Part shown: piece after piece, positions 8,614 to 16,738 of the stretch
Numbering within the stretch: position 1 is the stretch's first letter
Layout of the letters: every line of letters starts with the position of its first letter
Assembly (NCBI RefSeq): GCF_900289195.1
Contig: NZ_OMOH01000011.1
Location: 1 to 32,000, forward strand
Length of the DNA stretch: 32,000 bases
Direction: 5' to 3'
Source of the DNA: Propionibacterium ruminifibrarum
GTDB lineage: Bacteria; Actinomycetota; Actinomycetes; Propionibacteriales; Propionibacteriaceae
Made by a program: the position numbers and the translations under genes
Notes under the pieces: model-generated
Told to the model about the DNA's origin: nothing
Database searches by the model: none
What the model saw: the letters and a program-made list of their open reading frames with translations, nothing else

Positions 8614-9747
8614 TCAGGACGACCTGTGGACGGTGGGGCCGTCGCGGCGACCGCCGCGGGCGAGCACGCCGGCCACATCGGGACGGAAGAAACCGGGCCC
8701 CTTGAGGACCTTGCCGTCGGCGCGGTAGAGGGGCCTGCCGTCGGCGCCCAGCTTCGACATGTTCGAACGCTGCACCTCGGCGAGCACGGCCGGCAGGTCG
8801 ATGCCGGTCTCGAGCGCCATGCCGTAGACCACGTAGACCAGGTCGGCCAGCGCATCGGCCGTCTCCACCAGATCGCGCGCGTTCTCGTCGGCGGCGACCG
8901 CCCGGGTGAAGGCCTCCTCGACGATCCTCCGGGACGAGGACCCGTAGACCGCGCCGACGAGCTCGGCGAATTCCTCGGCGATGAGGCCCATGCGCATGTG
9001 CAGGTGCTCGCGCTCCAGGCTCGGGCCGTCCTCGACGATCGGCAGCCCGTAGACGCGGTGGAAACGTGCCACCAGGCCCTCGGGGGAGTCGCCCTCGCGG
9101 GTGCCGGTGGCGTCGGTCGGCGTCACCGTCTCGCGGCCGTTCCCGCGGGGCCGTCGGGAGGGCGTCGGGCCGTCCCAGGGGGCCTGCGGGCTGCGGGGGT
9201 CATCGGGCAGCAGGTCGGCCAGCCACATGTCATGACGCCGTCCGTCGTTGACCGCGGCGCCTCGCAGCCTGCCCTGCTTGTGGAATCCCGTCTTCCACGC
9301 GATCCGCCAGCTCGCCCAGTTCGGGACGCCGTCATGGATCTCGGCCCGCCACAGCAGGCGCTCGGCGCCGATCTCACCCTGCGGGTCGAAGGCGGCATCG
9401 ACGAGGGCCCGCACTGCGCGGCTCGTCACACCCCGCCCCCGGGCCGCCTCACTCGTCCAGTATCCGATCTCCCAGGTTCCCAGCGGGCGGGCCTGCAGAC
9501 TCACCATGCCGACCGGTTCGCCGCCGGCGGTGGCCCGCACCGCCCACATCGGGTGGGCACCGGTCTGCCAGCCGGTCTGCACGGCATCGGTCACCAGGCG
9601 CCGCGCATCGGCCGCTGTGAAGCCGGACCGGATCGTCGTCCACTCCGCGATGCTCGGTTCGGCGCAGATGCGGGCGAACGCGTCGACGTCATCCGGTGTC
9701 GGGGCCGACAGGACCAGGCCGTCTGCGGTGATGCGGAAGGGCTCCAT
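8614..9747 (-). CDS. Fusion protein: N-terminal GNAT (RimJ/RimL-like) acetyltransferase plus C-terminal MazG-like all-alpha NTP pyrophosphohydrolase
   Basis: N-terminal half: VGMVSLQARPLGTWEIGYWTSEAARGRGVTSRAVRALVD...GFHKQGRLRGAAVNDGRRHDMWLADLL, a GNAT core. A P/R-rich linker follows. C-terminal half: FHRVYGLP...RMGLIAEEFAELVGA...DLVETADALADLVYVVYGMALETGIDLPAVLAEVQRSNMSKLGADGRPLYRADGKVLKGPGFFRPD, with the EExxE...DxxD metal motifs of the MazG-like fold. Confidence 0.75.
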   Translation of the reverse strand: MEPFRITADGLVLSAPTPDDVDAFARICAEPSIAEWTTIRSGFTAADARRLVTDAVQTGWQTGAHPMWAVRATAGGEPVGMVSLQARPLGTWEIGYWTSEAARGRGVTSRAVRALVDAAFDPQGEIGAERLLWRAEIHDGVPNWASWRIAWKTGFHKQGRLRGAAVNDGRRHDMWLADLLPDDPRSPQAPWDGPTPSRRPRGNGRETVTPTDATGTREGDSPEGLVARFHRVYGLPIVEDGPSLEREHLHMRMGLIAEEFAELVGAVYGSSSRRIVEEAFTRAVAADENARDLVETADALADLVYVVYGMALETGIDLPAVLAEVQRSNMSKLGADGRPLYRADGKVLKGPGFFRPDVAGVLARGGRRDGPTVHRSS

Positions 9748-9791
9748 GTCGGACGAGCCTACTGCCGACGCCCTGACCCGCCCCACTCACG

Positions 9792-9825
9792 CACGAGGGG
9801 TCCCGCCATGGCGGGACCCCTCGTG
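9792..9825 (-). terminator. Perfect 34-nt palindrome (17+17) immediately downstream of the 9848..10570 gene
   Basis: cacgaggggtcccgcca|tggcgggacccctcgtg. It is a GC-rich stem with no U-tract, the I-shaped type common in high-GC genomes. Confidence 0.5.
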
Positions 9826-9847
9826 GTCAACGGGTGAGTGGTGGGCG

Positions 9848-10570
9848 TCAGCGCTGGGCCTTGGTGAAGCCGGCCGCCTCGGCCGCCTCACTGGAGACGA
9901 ACCACACGTCGGCGTTGGTGCGGCTGTAGCCGGCGCCATCGGGGGTGTGGTACTTCATCGAACGCTCGTTGCCCTTGATGGTGTAGCCCTCGGGCGGGTT
10001 GGTGCCCAGGTAGGCGCCCTCGCCGTAGTCCTTGTCGCTGGTCGCCGCGATGGGCTCGGCCGGGACCTCGGCGGCCTCCTCGACGGCCGTCGCGGGCTCG
10101 GTGGCGGCGGCCTCACTGAAATCGGTGGTCACGTCATCATCACCGAAGGCCCCGCTGGGCTCGTGCGGGGTCCAGCCGTCATCCTTGGGCATGAGGATCT
10201 GGCGGACGGCGAGGAAGACGACGCCGACCACGGCGGCGATACCGAGGCAGGTCAGCAGACGATGGCGCTTCTTGGCCGGCTTGGCCGCCTCGGGCAGGTG
10301 CTTCTTCAACGGATCGGGCAGGTCGTCGGCCTTCTCACGCACGGTGTCGAGCACCTCTCCGCCACGACGGGTGGCCTCGACGACGTATTTGTTGTCGGCG
10401 GCCCTCTCGAGCACATCGGTCAGGTTCTCGTTGAGGTTCTCCAGGCCGTCCTTGACGGCGTCGCGGGTCTGGTCGTACAGCGGCCCGACCTTCTCGGCGG
10501 CTGCACTGATGGTCTCGCGGGCGTTCTCGCCGGCGACGGCCATGGACTTCTTGAAGGTCTTCTTCGACAT
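9848..10570 (-). CDS. Single-pass membrane protein: N-terminal amphipathic-helical region, TM helix, acidic linker and a small conserved C-terminal domain
   Basis: MSKKTFKKSMAVAGENARETISAAAEKVGPLYDQTRDAVKDGLENL..., TM helix LLTCLGIAAVVGVVFLAVRQIL, then C-terminus YTIKGNERSMKYHTPDGAGYSRTNADVWFVSSEAAEAAGFTKAQR. This is the IKGNxxSxxYHxPxxxxY...WFxxxxxAxxAGF motif, annotated as a 'sunset' domain as far as I recall. GGAGAG RBS. It is the last 240 aa of the 896-aa track ORF. Confidence 0.7.
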   Translation of the reverse strand: MSKKTFKKSMAVAGENARETISAAAEKVGPLYDQTRDAVKDGLENLNENLTDVLERAADNKYVVEATRRGGEVLDTVREKADDLPDPLKKHLPEAAKPAKKRHRLLTCLGIAAVVGVVFLAVRQILMPKDDGWTPHEPSGAFGDDDVTTDFSEAAATEPATAVEEAAEVPAEPIAATSDKDYGEGAYLGTNPPEGYTIKGNERSMKYHTPDGAGYSRTNADVWFVSSEAAEAAGFTKAQR

Positions 10571-10595
10571 GGGACTCTCCGATGATCGACTGGTT

Positions 10596-10625
10596 GCTCG
10601 TGATCGAGCCTGCTCGTGGTCGAGC
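10596..10625. promoter_or_regulatory. Tandem pair of 14-nt palindromes GCTCG-N4-CGAGC, 16 nt apart
   Basis: gctcgtgatcgagc (10596-10609) and gctcgtggtcgagc (10612-10625), 26-55 nt upstream of the start codon at 10570, inside the divergent intergenic region shared with the cyclophilin gene. Confidence 0.45.
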
Positions 10626-10795
10626 TGTCGCCAGCCTACAGTCGCCCCGGCCCCCCGCGGGCCGGGCAGGGCTCGGTTCAGGGTGATGCGCGACCTCGAA
10701 CCGAACCCGGGGCGGCCCCGGGGAGCCCTGGATGGCATTGAAAGGCCTGGGAGGATGGGGGGCGTCCTCGTACCGACAGCTGAAAGGGGAGGCAC

Positions 10796-11305
10796 GTGAC
10801 CCAGGCCGTCCTGCACACCAACCACGGCGACATCACGCTCGACCTGTTCGACGACTTCGCTCCCAAGGCGGTGAAGAACTTCGTCGAGCTCGCCAACGGC
10901 ACGCGTGAGTACCTCGACATGAACACGGGCCAGCGGAGCACCGCCCCGTTCTACGACGGCACGATCTTTCACCGCGTCATCGACGGGTTCATGATCCAGG
11001 GCGGTGACCCCACGGGAACCGGCCGCGGTGGCCCCGGCTATCGCTTCGCCGACGAGTTCTACCCGGACCTGACCTTCTCGAAGCCGTACCTGCTGGCCAT
11101 GGCGAATGCCGGCCCCGGCACCAACGGCTCGCAGTTCTTCATCACGGTCGCCCCCACCCCGCACCTGAACATGCGGCACACGATCTTCGGCGAGGTGAGC
11201 GACGAGGCCTCCAAGAAGGTCGTCGACGAGATCGCCGCCGTGCCGACCGGCGCGGCCGACCGTCCCGTCGAGGACGTCGTGATCACCACGGTCGAGATCA
11301 TCTGA
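10796..11305 (+). CDS. ppiA: Cyclophilin-type peptidyl-prolyl cis-trans isomerase
   Basis: [31 protein letters not shown]...[21 protein letters not shown] start at 10796 after a GAAAGGGGAGG RBS. Confidence 0.93.
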   Translation: MTQAVLHTNHGDITLDLFDDFAPKAVKNFVELANGTREYLDMNTGQRSTAPFYDGTIFHRVIDGFMIQGGDPTGTGRGGPGYRFADEFYPDLTFSKPYLLAMANAGPGTNGSQFFITVAPTPHLNMRHTIFGEVSDEASKKVVDEIAAVPTGAADRPVEDVVITTVEII

Positions 11306-11392
11306 GCACCCCGCGGCCCCGGCGCGAGGCGGCCGCGGCGGGTCGCGCGCTCGGCGCAGAGCGGCTCCGGGAACCGGACCCGAGGAGGGACG

Positions 11393-12496
11393 ATGAGTAT
11401 CGCGGTGGCCGGACGCCGGGTGGTGCCCGCGGTGGCCCTGTCCCTCGTCCTGCCGTTGGTGGCCTGCGCCCCTTCCGGGTCGGCCGGCGCTGTCGGCGTC
11501 CTCGAGATGCTCAACGCCTCGATCGCCGACATGGACCGCGACCGGTTCGACGAGGCGCTCGACCAGTCGATCCCGCAGTCCACCCGGGACATGTGGTGGT
11601 CCAACCTCGCCCAGCTGAGCGAGGTCGATTTCGCCGGCACCGTCGACGGCTGGCGGGTGGACTGGTCCCTTCCGGGCGAGCAGGCCGCGGCCACCCATGT
11701 GGTGAACCTGGACATCGGCTGCGCCGGCACGTCCTGCCGCATCACCCGGATCGAACCCGTGCCCTCCCGGCCGGCCCCGGGATGGCTCGTCGAGCCGGTC
11801 GACGTCACCACCGTCGACGGCGCCGTCCTCATCGCCGGCCGGGGTGCGATCGACGTGACGGCCGCCGCTGCCACGGCCACCGCAGCCGTCGACGACTCGG
11901 GCATGGCCCTGCTGGACACCGACTCCCGGGCGCCCATGCCCGTCGAGGTGCCGGCCACGGACAGTGCGTACGCGCTGGTCACCGGGGCTCCGGCAGCCGA
12001 GACCCGGGGGCTGGGCGCGCTCACCCGCCGCACCGGTGACGCGGTCCGTGTCGTCGTCAACCCCGCCCATGCCGAGCAGTGGAGCCCCGCCCAGCAGGCC
12101 ATGCTGCTGACGCATGAGGCGGTGCACTGGCGCCTGGCGGGCCACGGCACCCCGACCGGCGGCAACACGTGGGTGAGTGAGGGCCTGGCCGAGTGGCTCG
12201 CGTTGTCCCGGAACGCCGACGAGCGGGCCTCCAGCCAGACGCGGGCCGTCCAGGCCTGCCGGGACTCCGGCGGAGCCCCGGCCCTGCCCGCCGACGAGGA
12301 CTTCAGGGCGACCGACGACGCCGATGCCCTGCGCGGCGCCTACGCACTCAGCTGGGCCGCCGTCAGCGAACTCGTCGCCGAGTCCGGCCCCGGTGCCGCA
12401 GGGGACCTCGTCGAGCTGCTGTGGACGACCCCCGCGGGCCAGGTGGACCAGGTCCCCGACGTCCTCACCCGCTGGTGCGCGTCGAACGCACCCTGA
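11393..12496 (+). CDS. Lipoprotein with a peptidase-MA-like (HExxH...E) metallopeptidase domain
   Basis: Signal peptide with lipobox LPLVAC|A (MSIAVAGRRVVPAVALSLVLPLVACAPSG). LLTHEAVHWRL followed by WVSEGLAEWLAL fits the HExxH + xEGxAE pattern of the Peptidase_MA_2 type. GAGGAGGG RBS. Confidence 0.65.
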   Translation: MSIAVAGRRVVPAVALSLVLPLVACAPSGSAGAVGVLEMLNASIADMDRDRFDEALDQSIPQSTRDMWWSNLAQLSEVDFAGTVDGWRVDWSLPGEQAAATHVVNLDIGCAGTSCRITRIEPVPSRPAPGWLVEPVDVTTVDGAVLIAGRGAIDVTAAAATATAAVDDSGMALLDTDSRAPMPVEVPATDSAYALVTGAPAAETRGLGALTRRTGDAVRVVVNPAHAEQWSPAQQAMLLTHEAVHWRLAGHGTPTGGNTWVSEGLAEWLALSRNADERASSQTRAVQACRDSGGAPALPADEDFRATDDADALRGAYALSWAAVSELVAESGPGAAGDLVELLWTTPAGQVDQVPDVLTRWCASNAP

Positions 12497-12582
12497 GCCG
12501 TTCTCAGGGGCAGGGCCGACGCGCCCTGCCGGGCCCACCTGCCTCCCGGGCCGCGGCGGCGTCTCCCGATAGAGTGAGAGAC

Positions 12583-13374
12583 GTGTGGTACCGCTTCTTC
12601 AAGTACGCATTGTTCCGCCCCGGCGTGAAACTGCTCATGCACCCCGACCTGGTGGATGAGCAGAACATTCCCGCCAGGGGCGGGGCAGTGCTCGCGAGCA
12701 ATCACCTCGACGCAGGCGACACCTTCACCCTGCCGGCGATGATGAAGCGCCGCCTCATCTGGCCGGCCAAGAAGGAACTCTTCGAGGGCAAGGGCCCCAG
12801 GATGAGGATCGTCGCCTGGTTCCTGCGCGCAGTCGGTATGGTGCCACTCGACCGCTCGGGCGGCCGGGCCAGCGTCGACGCGATGGGGCCGGTCGAGGCC
12901 GAGCTGGCCGCCGGCAACATCATCGGCATCTTCCCCGAGGGCACCCGCACCCCCGACGGAAATCTCTACCGCGGCCACACCGGCGTCGCCCGCCTGGCCC
13001 TGGAGAACGGCGTACCCGTCATCCCCGTCGGCATGGTCAACACCCGCCTGCGCAAGGGCCTGTTCGGCCTGCCCACCATGAAGGATGCCCGCATCATCAT
13101 CGGCGAACCACTCGACTACACGCCCTGGCGCGGACAGGCCGACTCGGTGCGCGTGCTGCGCTGGGTGACCGATGACGTCATGGCGCACATCCAGGACCTG
13201 AGCGGCCAGGACTACGTGAACGTCTATGCGACCAGGGTGAAATACGGCAACCTCAAGGGCAAGGACCTGACCCGATTCACCCGGGTCAGGGCCAACGACG
13301 GCCTCGAGACTCCCCCCACCGACGCAGAACTGGCCGCCCAGGCGGCCGCCGGGCCCGGCGAGAACGATGAGTGA
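12583..13374 (+). CDS. 1-acyl-sn-glycerol-3-phosphate (lysophospholipid) acyltransferase, PlsC family
   Basis: NHLDAGD (HX4D catalytic motif), FPEGTRTPDG and VPVIPVG. The GTG start at 12583 is in frame within track ORF 12193..13374. Confidence 0.85.
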   Translation: MWYRFFKYALFRPGVKLLMHPDLVDEQNIPARGGAVLASNHLDAGDTFTLPAMMKRRLIWPAKKELFEGKGPRMRIVAWFLRAVGMVPLDRSGGRASVDAMGPVEAELAAGNIIGIFPEGTRTPDGNLYRGHTGVARLALENGVPVIPVGMVNTRLRKGLFGLPTMKDARIIIGEPLDYTPWRGQADSVRVLRWVTDDVMAHIQDLSGQDYVNVYATRVKYGNLKGKDLTRFTRVRANDGLETPPTDAELAAQAAAGPGENDE

Positions 13375-14416
13375 CGAGAGCGCCTACGACGACCCGCGGC
13401 AGCCGGACCAGGCCGCCGGGCCCCCCGGCGGCGCCGGCGAGGCCGGTGTGGCCCGGGCCGCGGCCGACCCCGTGCCGGAAGCCGAACCGGGCCCGGCCGA
13501 CCGACCCGTCACCGATGACGGCGCGGACCGGGACGACGCTGCCGCCGCCCGCCCCGAACCGTCGGAGAGCCCCGGATCCCCGCCCACCCCGGACGAGTTG
13601 ACCAGGGTCGAACAGGTTGCGAGGCCGGGGCATGTCCGGGCCGCATGGAACTGGACCCGCCGCGCGGCCAGGACCACCCAGCAGGCCCTGTCCGTGCACG
13701 CCGAGGGCCTGCAGAACCTGCCCGAGGGCGGCGCGATCCTCGCCGCCAACCACGTCTGGGCCGGCGACTTCAGCCGTCTTCGCGCGGTGCTCGACCGTCC
13801 GGCTCGCCTGGCCGCCGGATCATCCAGCCGCCTGCTGCGCAGGCGGGTCCGCATCGACGACCCCCTGCAGGGCGATGACGCGGCCCAGGTCCTCGCCGGC
13901 GGCGGCCTGGTCGTCGTCTTCCCCGAGGGCGCCCCCAGCCCCGACGACGACATCCACCGCGGCGGCACTGACGTGGCGTGGCTGGCCCTGACCGCCAGGG
14001 TCCCGGTCGTGCCCGTCGGCATCGTCCCTGCGAGGGCCGGCCACCGGCTGCTCAGACCAGTCACCGACCGGGCCCTCGGGCCGACAGTGGTCTTCGGCGA
14101 GCCCCTGGACTTCTCACGCTTCTGGGAGATTCCCGCGCTCAGCTACGCCCTCGACGGGGTCCTGCTGCGTGGCGTCACCGATGAGATCATGAACGCGATC
14201 GTGGCCCTCACCGGTCGCACCTACTCCGACACCACGCCGGCCCAGGCCAGGGAACTCGCCGCGGCCGCCCGCAGGCAGCGGGCCTGGGCGAGAGCCAGCG
14301 AGTACCCGACCGTCTCCCAGATGCGCCGCGCGGAGGCGGAGCGCCGTGAGATGTTCCGCGAACGCGACGAACAGGACCTGGCCAGGGCCGCGGCACGGGC
14401 CCGCACCGGCCGTTGA
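13367..14416 (+). CDS. Divergent PlsC-family acyltransferase paralogue with disordered N- and C-terminal extensions
   Basis: NHVWAGD (HX4D retained), VVVFPEGAPSPDD (Arg of FPEGTR lost) and VPVVPVG. The first ~90 aa are P/A/D/E-rich and the C-terminus is an R/E-rich helix. The ATG overlaps the upstream stop by 8 nt (ATGAGTGA). Confidence 0.7.
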   Translation: MSDESAYDDPRQPDQAAGPPGGAGEAGVARAAADPVPEAEPGPADRPVTDDGADRDDAAAARPEPSESPGSPPTPDELTRVEQVARPGHVRAAWNWTRRAARTTQQALSVHAEGLQNLPEGGAILAANHVWAGDFSRLRAVLDRPARLAAGSSSRLLRRRVRIDDPLQGDDAAQVLAGGGLVVVFPEGAPSPDDDIHRGGTDVAWLALTARVPVVPVGIVPARAGHRLLRPVTDRALGPTVVFGEPLDFSRFWEIPALSYALDGVLLRGVTDEIMNAIVALTGRTYSDTTPAQARELAAAARRQRAWARASEYPTVSQMRRAEAERREMFRERDEQDLARAAARARTGR

Positions 14417-14452
14417 GATCGGTGCACCCCGGGTGGCATTATCCTTGGGAAG

Positions 14453-15838
14453 GTGCCCGAGCTGATTCCATCACTGAGTGACCTGCATGCCATGCCCCAG
14501 GTGCAGCAGCCGCACTATGATGACGCCTCAGAGGTCACCCGCGTCATCCACGAGCTGAGCAGCCTGCCCCCGCTCGTGTTCGCCGGGGAGTGCGACGACC
14601 TGCGCGAACGCATCGCCAGGGCGGCGGCCGGCAAGGCCTTCATCCTGCAGGGCGGCGACTGCGCCGAGACCTTCGACAGCGTCCAGGCCAACCCGATCAA
14701 GGCCAAGCTGCGCGTCCTGCTGGCGATGAGCGTCGTGCTCACCTACGCCGCGCAGGTGCCGGTCGTGAAGATCGGCCGCCTGGCGGGCCAGTACGCCAAG
14801 CCCCGCAGCAAGGACACCGAGACCCGGGGCGACCTCACCCTGCCCGCCTACCGCGGTGACGCGGTGAACGGCTTCGACTTCAACGCCGAGGCCCGCCGCC
14901 ACGACCCGCAGCGCCTGCTCGGCATGTACAACGCCTCGGCGGCCACGCTCAACCTGGTGCGCGCCTTCGTCAAGGGGGGTTTCGCCGACCTGCGCCGGCT
15001 GCACGCCTGGAACGCCAGCTTCGTCAAGGACTCCCACGTCGAGGACAACTACGAGCGCATCGCCGACGAGATTCAGCGCGCCCTCGGGTTCATGACCGCC
15101 TGCGGCGTCGACGCCGACACCATGCGCACCGTCGACTTCTACGCCAGCCACGAGGCCCTGCTGCTCGACTACGAGTACGCGATGACCCGCATCGACTCGC
15201 GCAGCGCGCGGCCCTACGACACCTCGGGCCACATGGTCTGGATCGGTGAACGCACCCGCCAGCCCGATGGGGCCCAGGTGGAGCTGCTCAGCCACGTGCA
15301 CAACCCGCTGGGCGTCAAGCTCGGCCCGACGGCGACCGCCGAGGAGGCCCTGGCCATTGCCGACCGACTCGACCCGGACCGGGTGCCCGGTCGTCTCACC
15401 TTCATCACCCGGATGGGTGCCGACAAGGTGCGTGACAGGCTGCCCGCCCTCGTCGAGGGCGTTGTGGCATCGGGGCGGGAAGTGGCCTGGGTGTGCGACC
15501 CCATGCACGGGAACACCTTCGAGACCCCCAAGGGCTACAAGACCCGCGAGTACGCGGCCGTCGTGGAGGAACTCAACGGCTTCTTCGACGTCCACGAGCA
15601 GCTGGGCACCTGGCCCGGCGGCGTCCACATGGAGCTCACCGGCGACGACGTCACCGAGTGCCTCGGAGGCGCCTTCCAGCTGTCCGAGGCCGACCTGGCC
15701 GAACGCTACGAGACGACCTGCGATCCCCGCCTGAACCGCAACCAGAGCCTCGAGATGGCCTTCATGATCGCCGAGCGCCTCAACAGCTACCGCGCCAAGT
15801 ACGTCCCTGCCGAGCCGACACCCGACTGGTACGAGTGA
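14453..15838 (+). CDS. aroG: Class II 3-deoxy-7-phosphoheptulonate (DAHP) synthase
   Basis: 461 aa with FILQGGDCAETF, KIGRLAGQYAKPRS and WVCDPMHGNT, which are class II (plant/actinobacterial type) signatures. GTG start after GGGAAGG. Confidence 0.93.
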   Translation: MPELIPSLSDLHAMPQVQQPHYDDASEVTRVIHELSSLPPLVFAGECDDLRERIARAAAGKAFILQGGDCAETFDSVQANPIKAKLRVLLAMSVVLTYAAQVPVVKIGRLAGQYAKPRSKDTETRGDLTLPAYRGDAVNGFDFNAEARRHDPQRLLGMYNASAATLNLVRAFVKGGFADLRRLHAWNASFVKDSHVEDNYERIADEIQRALGFMTACGVDADTMRTVDFYASHEALLLDYEYAMTRIDSRSARPYDTSGHMVWIGERTRQPDGAQVELLSHVHNPLGVKLGPTATAEEALAIADRLDPDRVPGRLTFITRMGADKVRDRLPALVEGVVASGREVAWVCDPMHGNTFETPKGYKTREYAAVVEELNGFFDVHEQLGTWPGGVHMELTGDDVTECLGGAFQLSEADLAERYETTCDPRLNRNQSLEMAFMIAERLNSYRAKYVPAEPTPDWYE

Positions 15839-15913
15839 GCCGCATCGCCCCGCCCCTGCGCCGGTTCCGCCTGGTGGTTCGTCGTGCGGGCCCGGTGGCG
15901 GCATAGTGGGACC

Positions 15914-16564
15914 ATGCAGATCACGCGTTTCGGCCACTCATGTCTCCTGGTGGAGACCGGCCACGCCCGGATCCTCGTCGACCCGGGCAACTACTCCGAC
16001 GGATGGACCGACCTCGGCGGGCTCGACGCCGTGTTCGTCACGCACCGTCATCCCGACCATGTCGACCCGGCGCGTTTCCCCGGGTTCGTCGCCGACCGTC
16101 CCGGCCTCGCCGTGTACGCCGAGGCCGGTGTCCTCGCCGACGTCGCCACGCCCGGGGGTGTGGCGCTCGAGGCCGGCCGGCAGGTCGCCGTCAAGGACGT
16201 CCGTGTCACCGCGGTCGGCGGCCGCCACGCGGTGATCCATCCCGAGATCCCGCGCATCGGCAATGTCGGCCTGGTCTTCGCCGCCCCGGGCGAACCCGTG
16301 CTCTTCCACCCCGGCGACGAGATCGACACCGCCCCCCGGGACGTCGACGTGCTGGCGGTGCCGATGATGGCGCCGTGGAGCAAGGTCAGTGAGACCGTCG
16401 AGTTCGTCCGCGCCGTGGGCGCCCGCTTCGTCATCCCGATCCACGACGGCCTGCTCAACGACCGCGGTTTCGCGCTCATCGCCGACCGGGTCACCCTCAT
16501 GGGCGGCGGCGAGTTCGTGCCGCTCGGCAGCGGATGGCCCTGGACGGTGCCCGTCGTCCGGTGA
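15914..16564 (+). CDS. MBL-fold metallo-hydrolase
   Basis: MQITRFGHSCLLVETGHARILVDPG...VFVTHRHPDHVD (HxHxDH zinc motif). I use the internal ATG of track ORF 15884..16564. Confidence 0.8.
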   Translation: MQITRFGHSCLLVETGHARILVDPGNYSDGWTDLGGLDAVFVTHRHPDHVDPARFPGFVADRPGLAVYAEAGVLADVATPGGVALEAGRQVAVKDVRVTAVGGRHAVIHPEIPRIGNVGLVFAAPGEPVLFHPGDEIDTAPRDVDVLAVPMMAPWSKVSETVEFVRAVGARFVIPIHDGLLNDRGFALIADRVTLMGGGEFVPLGSGWPWTVPVVR

Positions 16565-16738
16565 GTCGGCGGCGTTGAACCGTCCCCGAGCGGGCCCGAC
16601 AGGCACGGTCTGGCGGGGCCGCGACGTCCGGGATTCACTCGGCCCGGTCAAACGGGGTACGCTGTTCGAGTTGCGCCATGGCCCCCGGCGCCCGTCGCCG
16701 GGTGGGCGGTCCATCAGCAGCCAACAGAGAGTGCAGTT

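Noticed and set aside
8574-8855. N-terminal extension of the A24 peptidase ORF to 8855
   Set aside because: It would overlap the 3' end of the GNAT-MazG gene by ~240 nt on the same strand in another frame. The extension is R/P/A/S-rich, whereas the protein from MATSPP (8573) begins with a normal TM helix.
10571-12538. The upstream 650 aa of the 896-aa - strand ORF 9848..12538
   Set aside because: Only the last 240 aa (from MSKKTFKK, with an RBS) look like a protein. The rest overlaps the well-supported cyclophilin and lipoprotein genes on the opposite strand and is low-complexity R/G/P/A.
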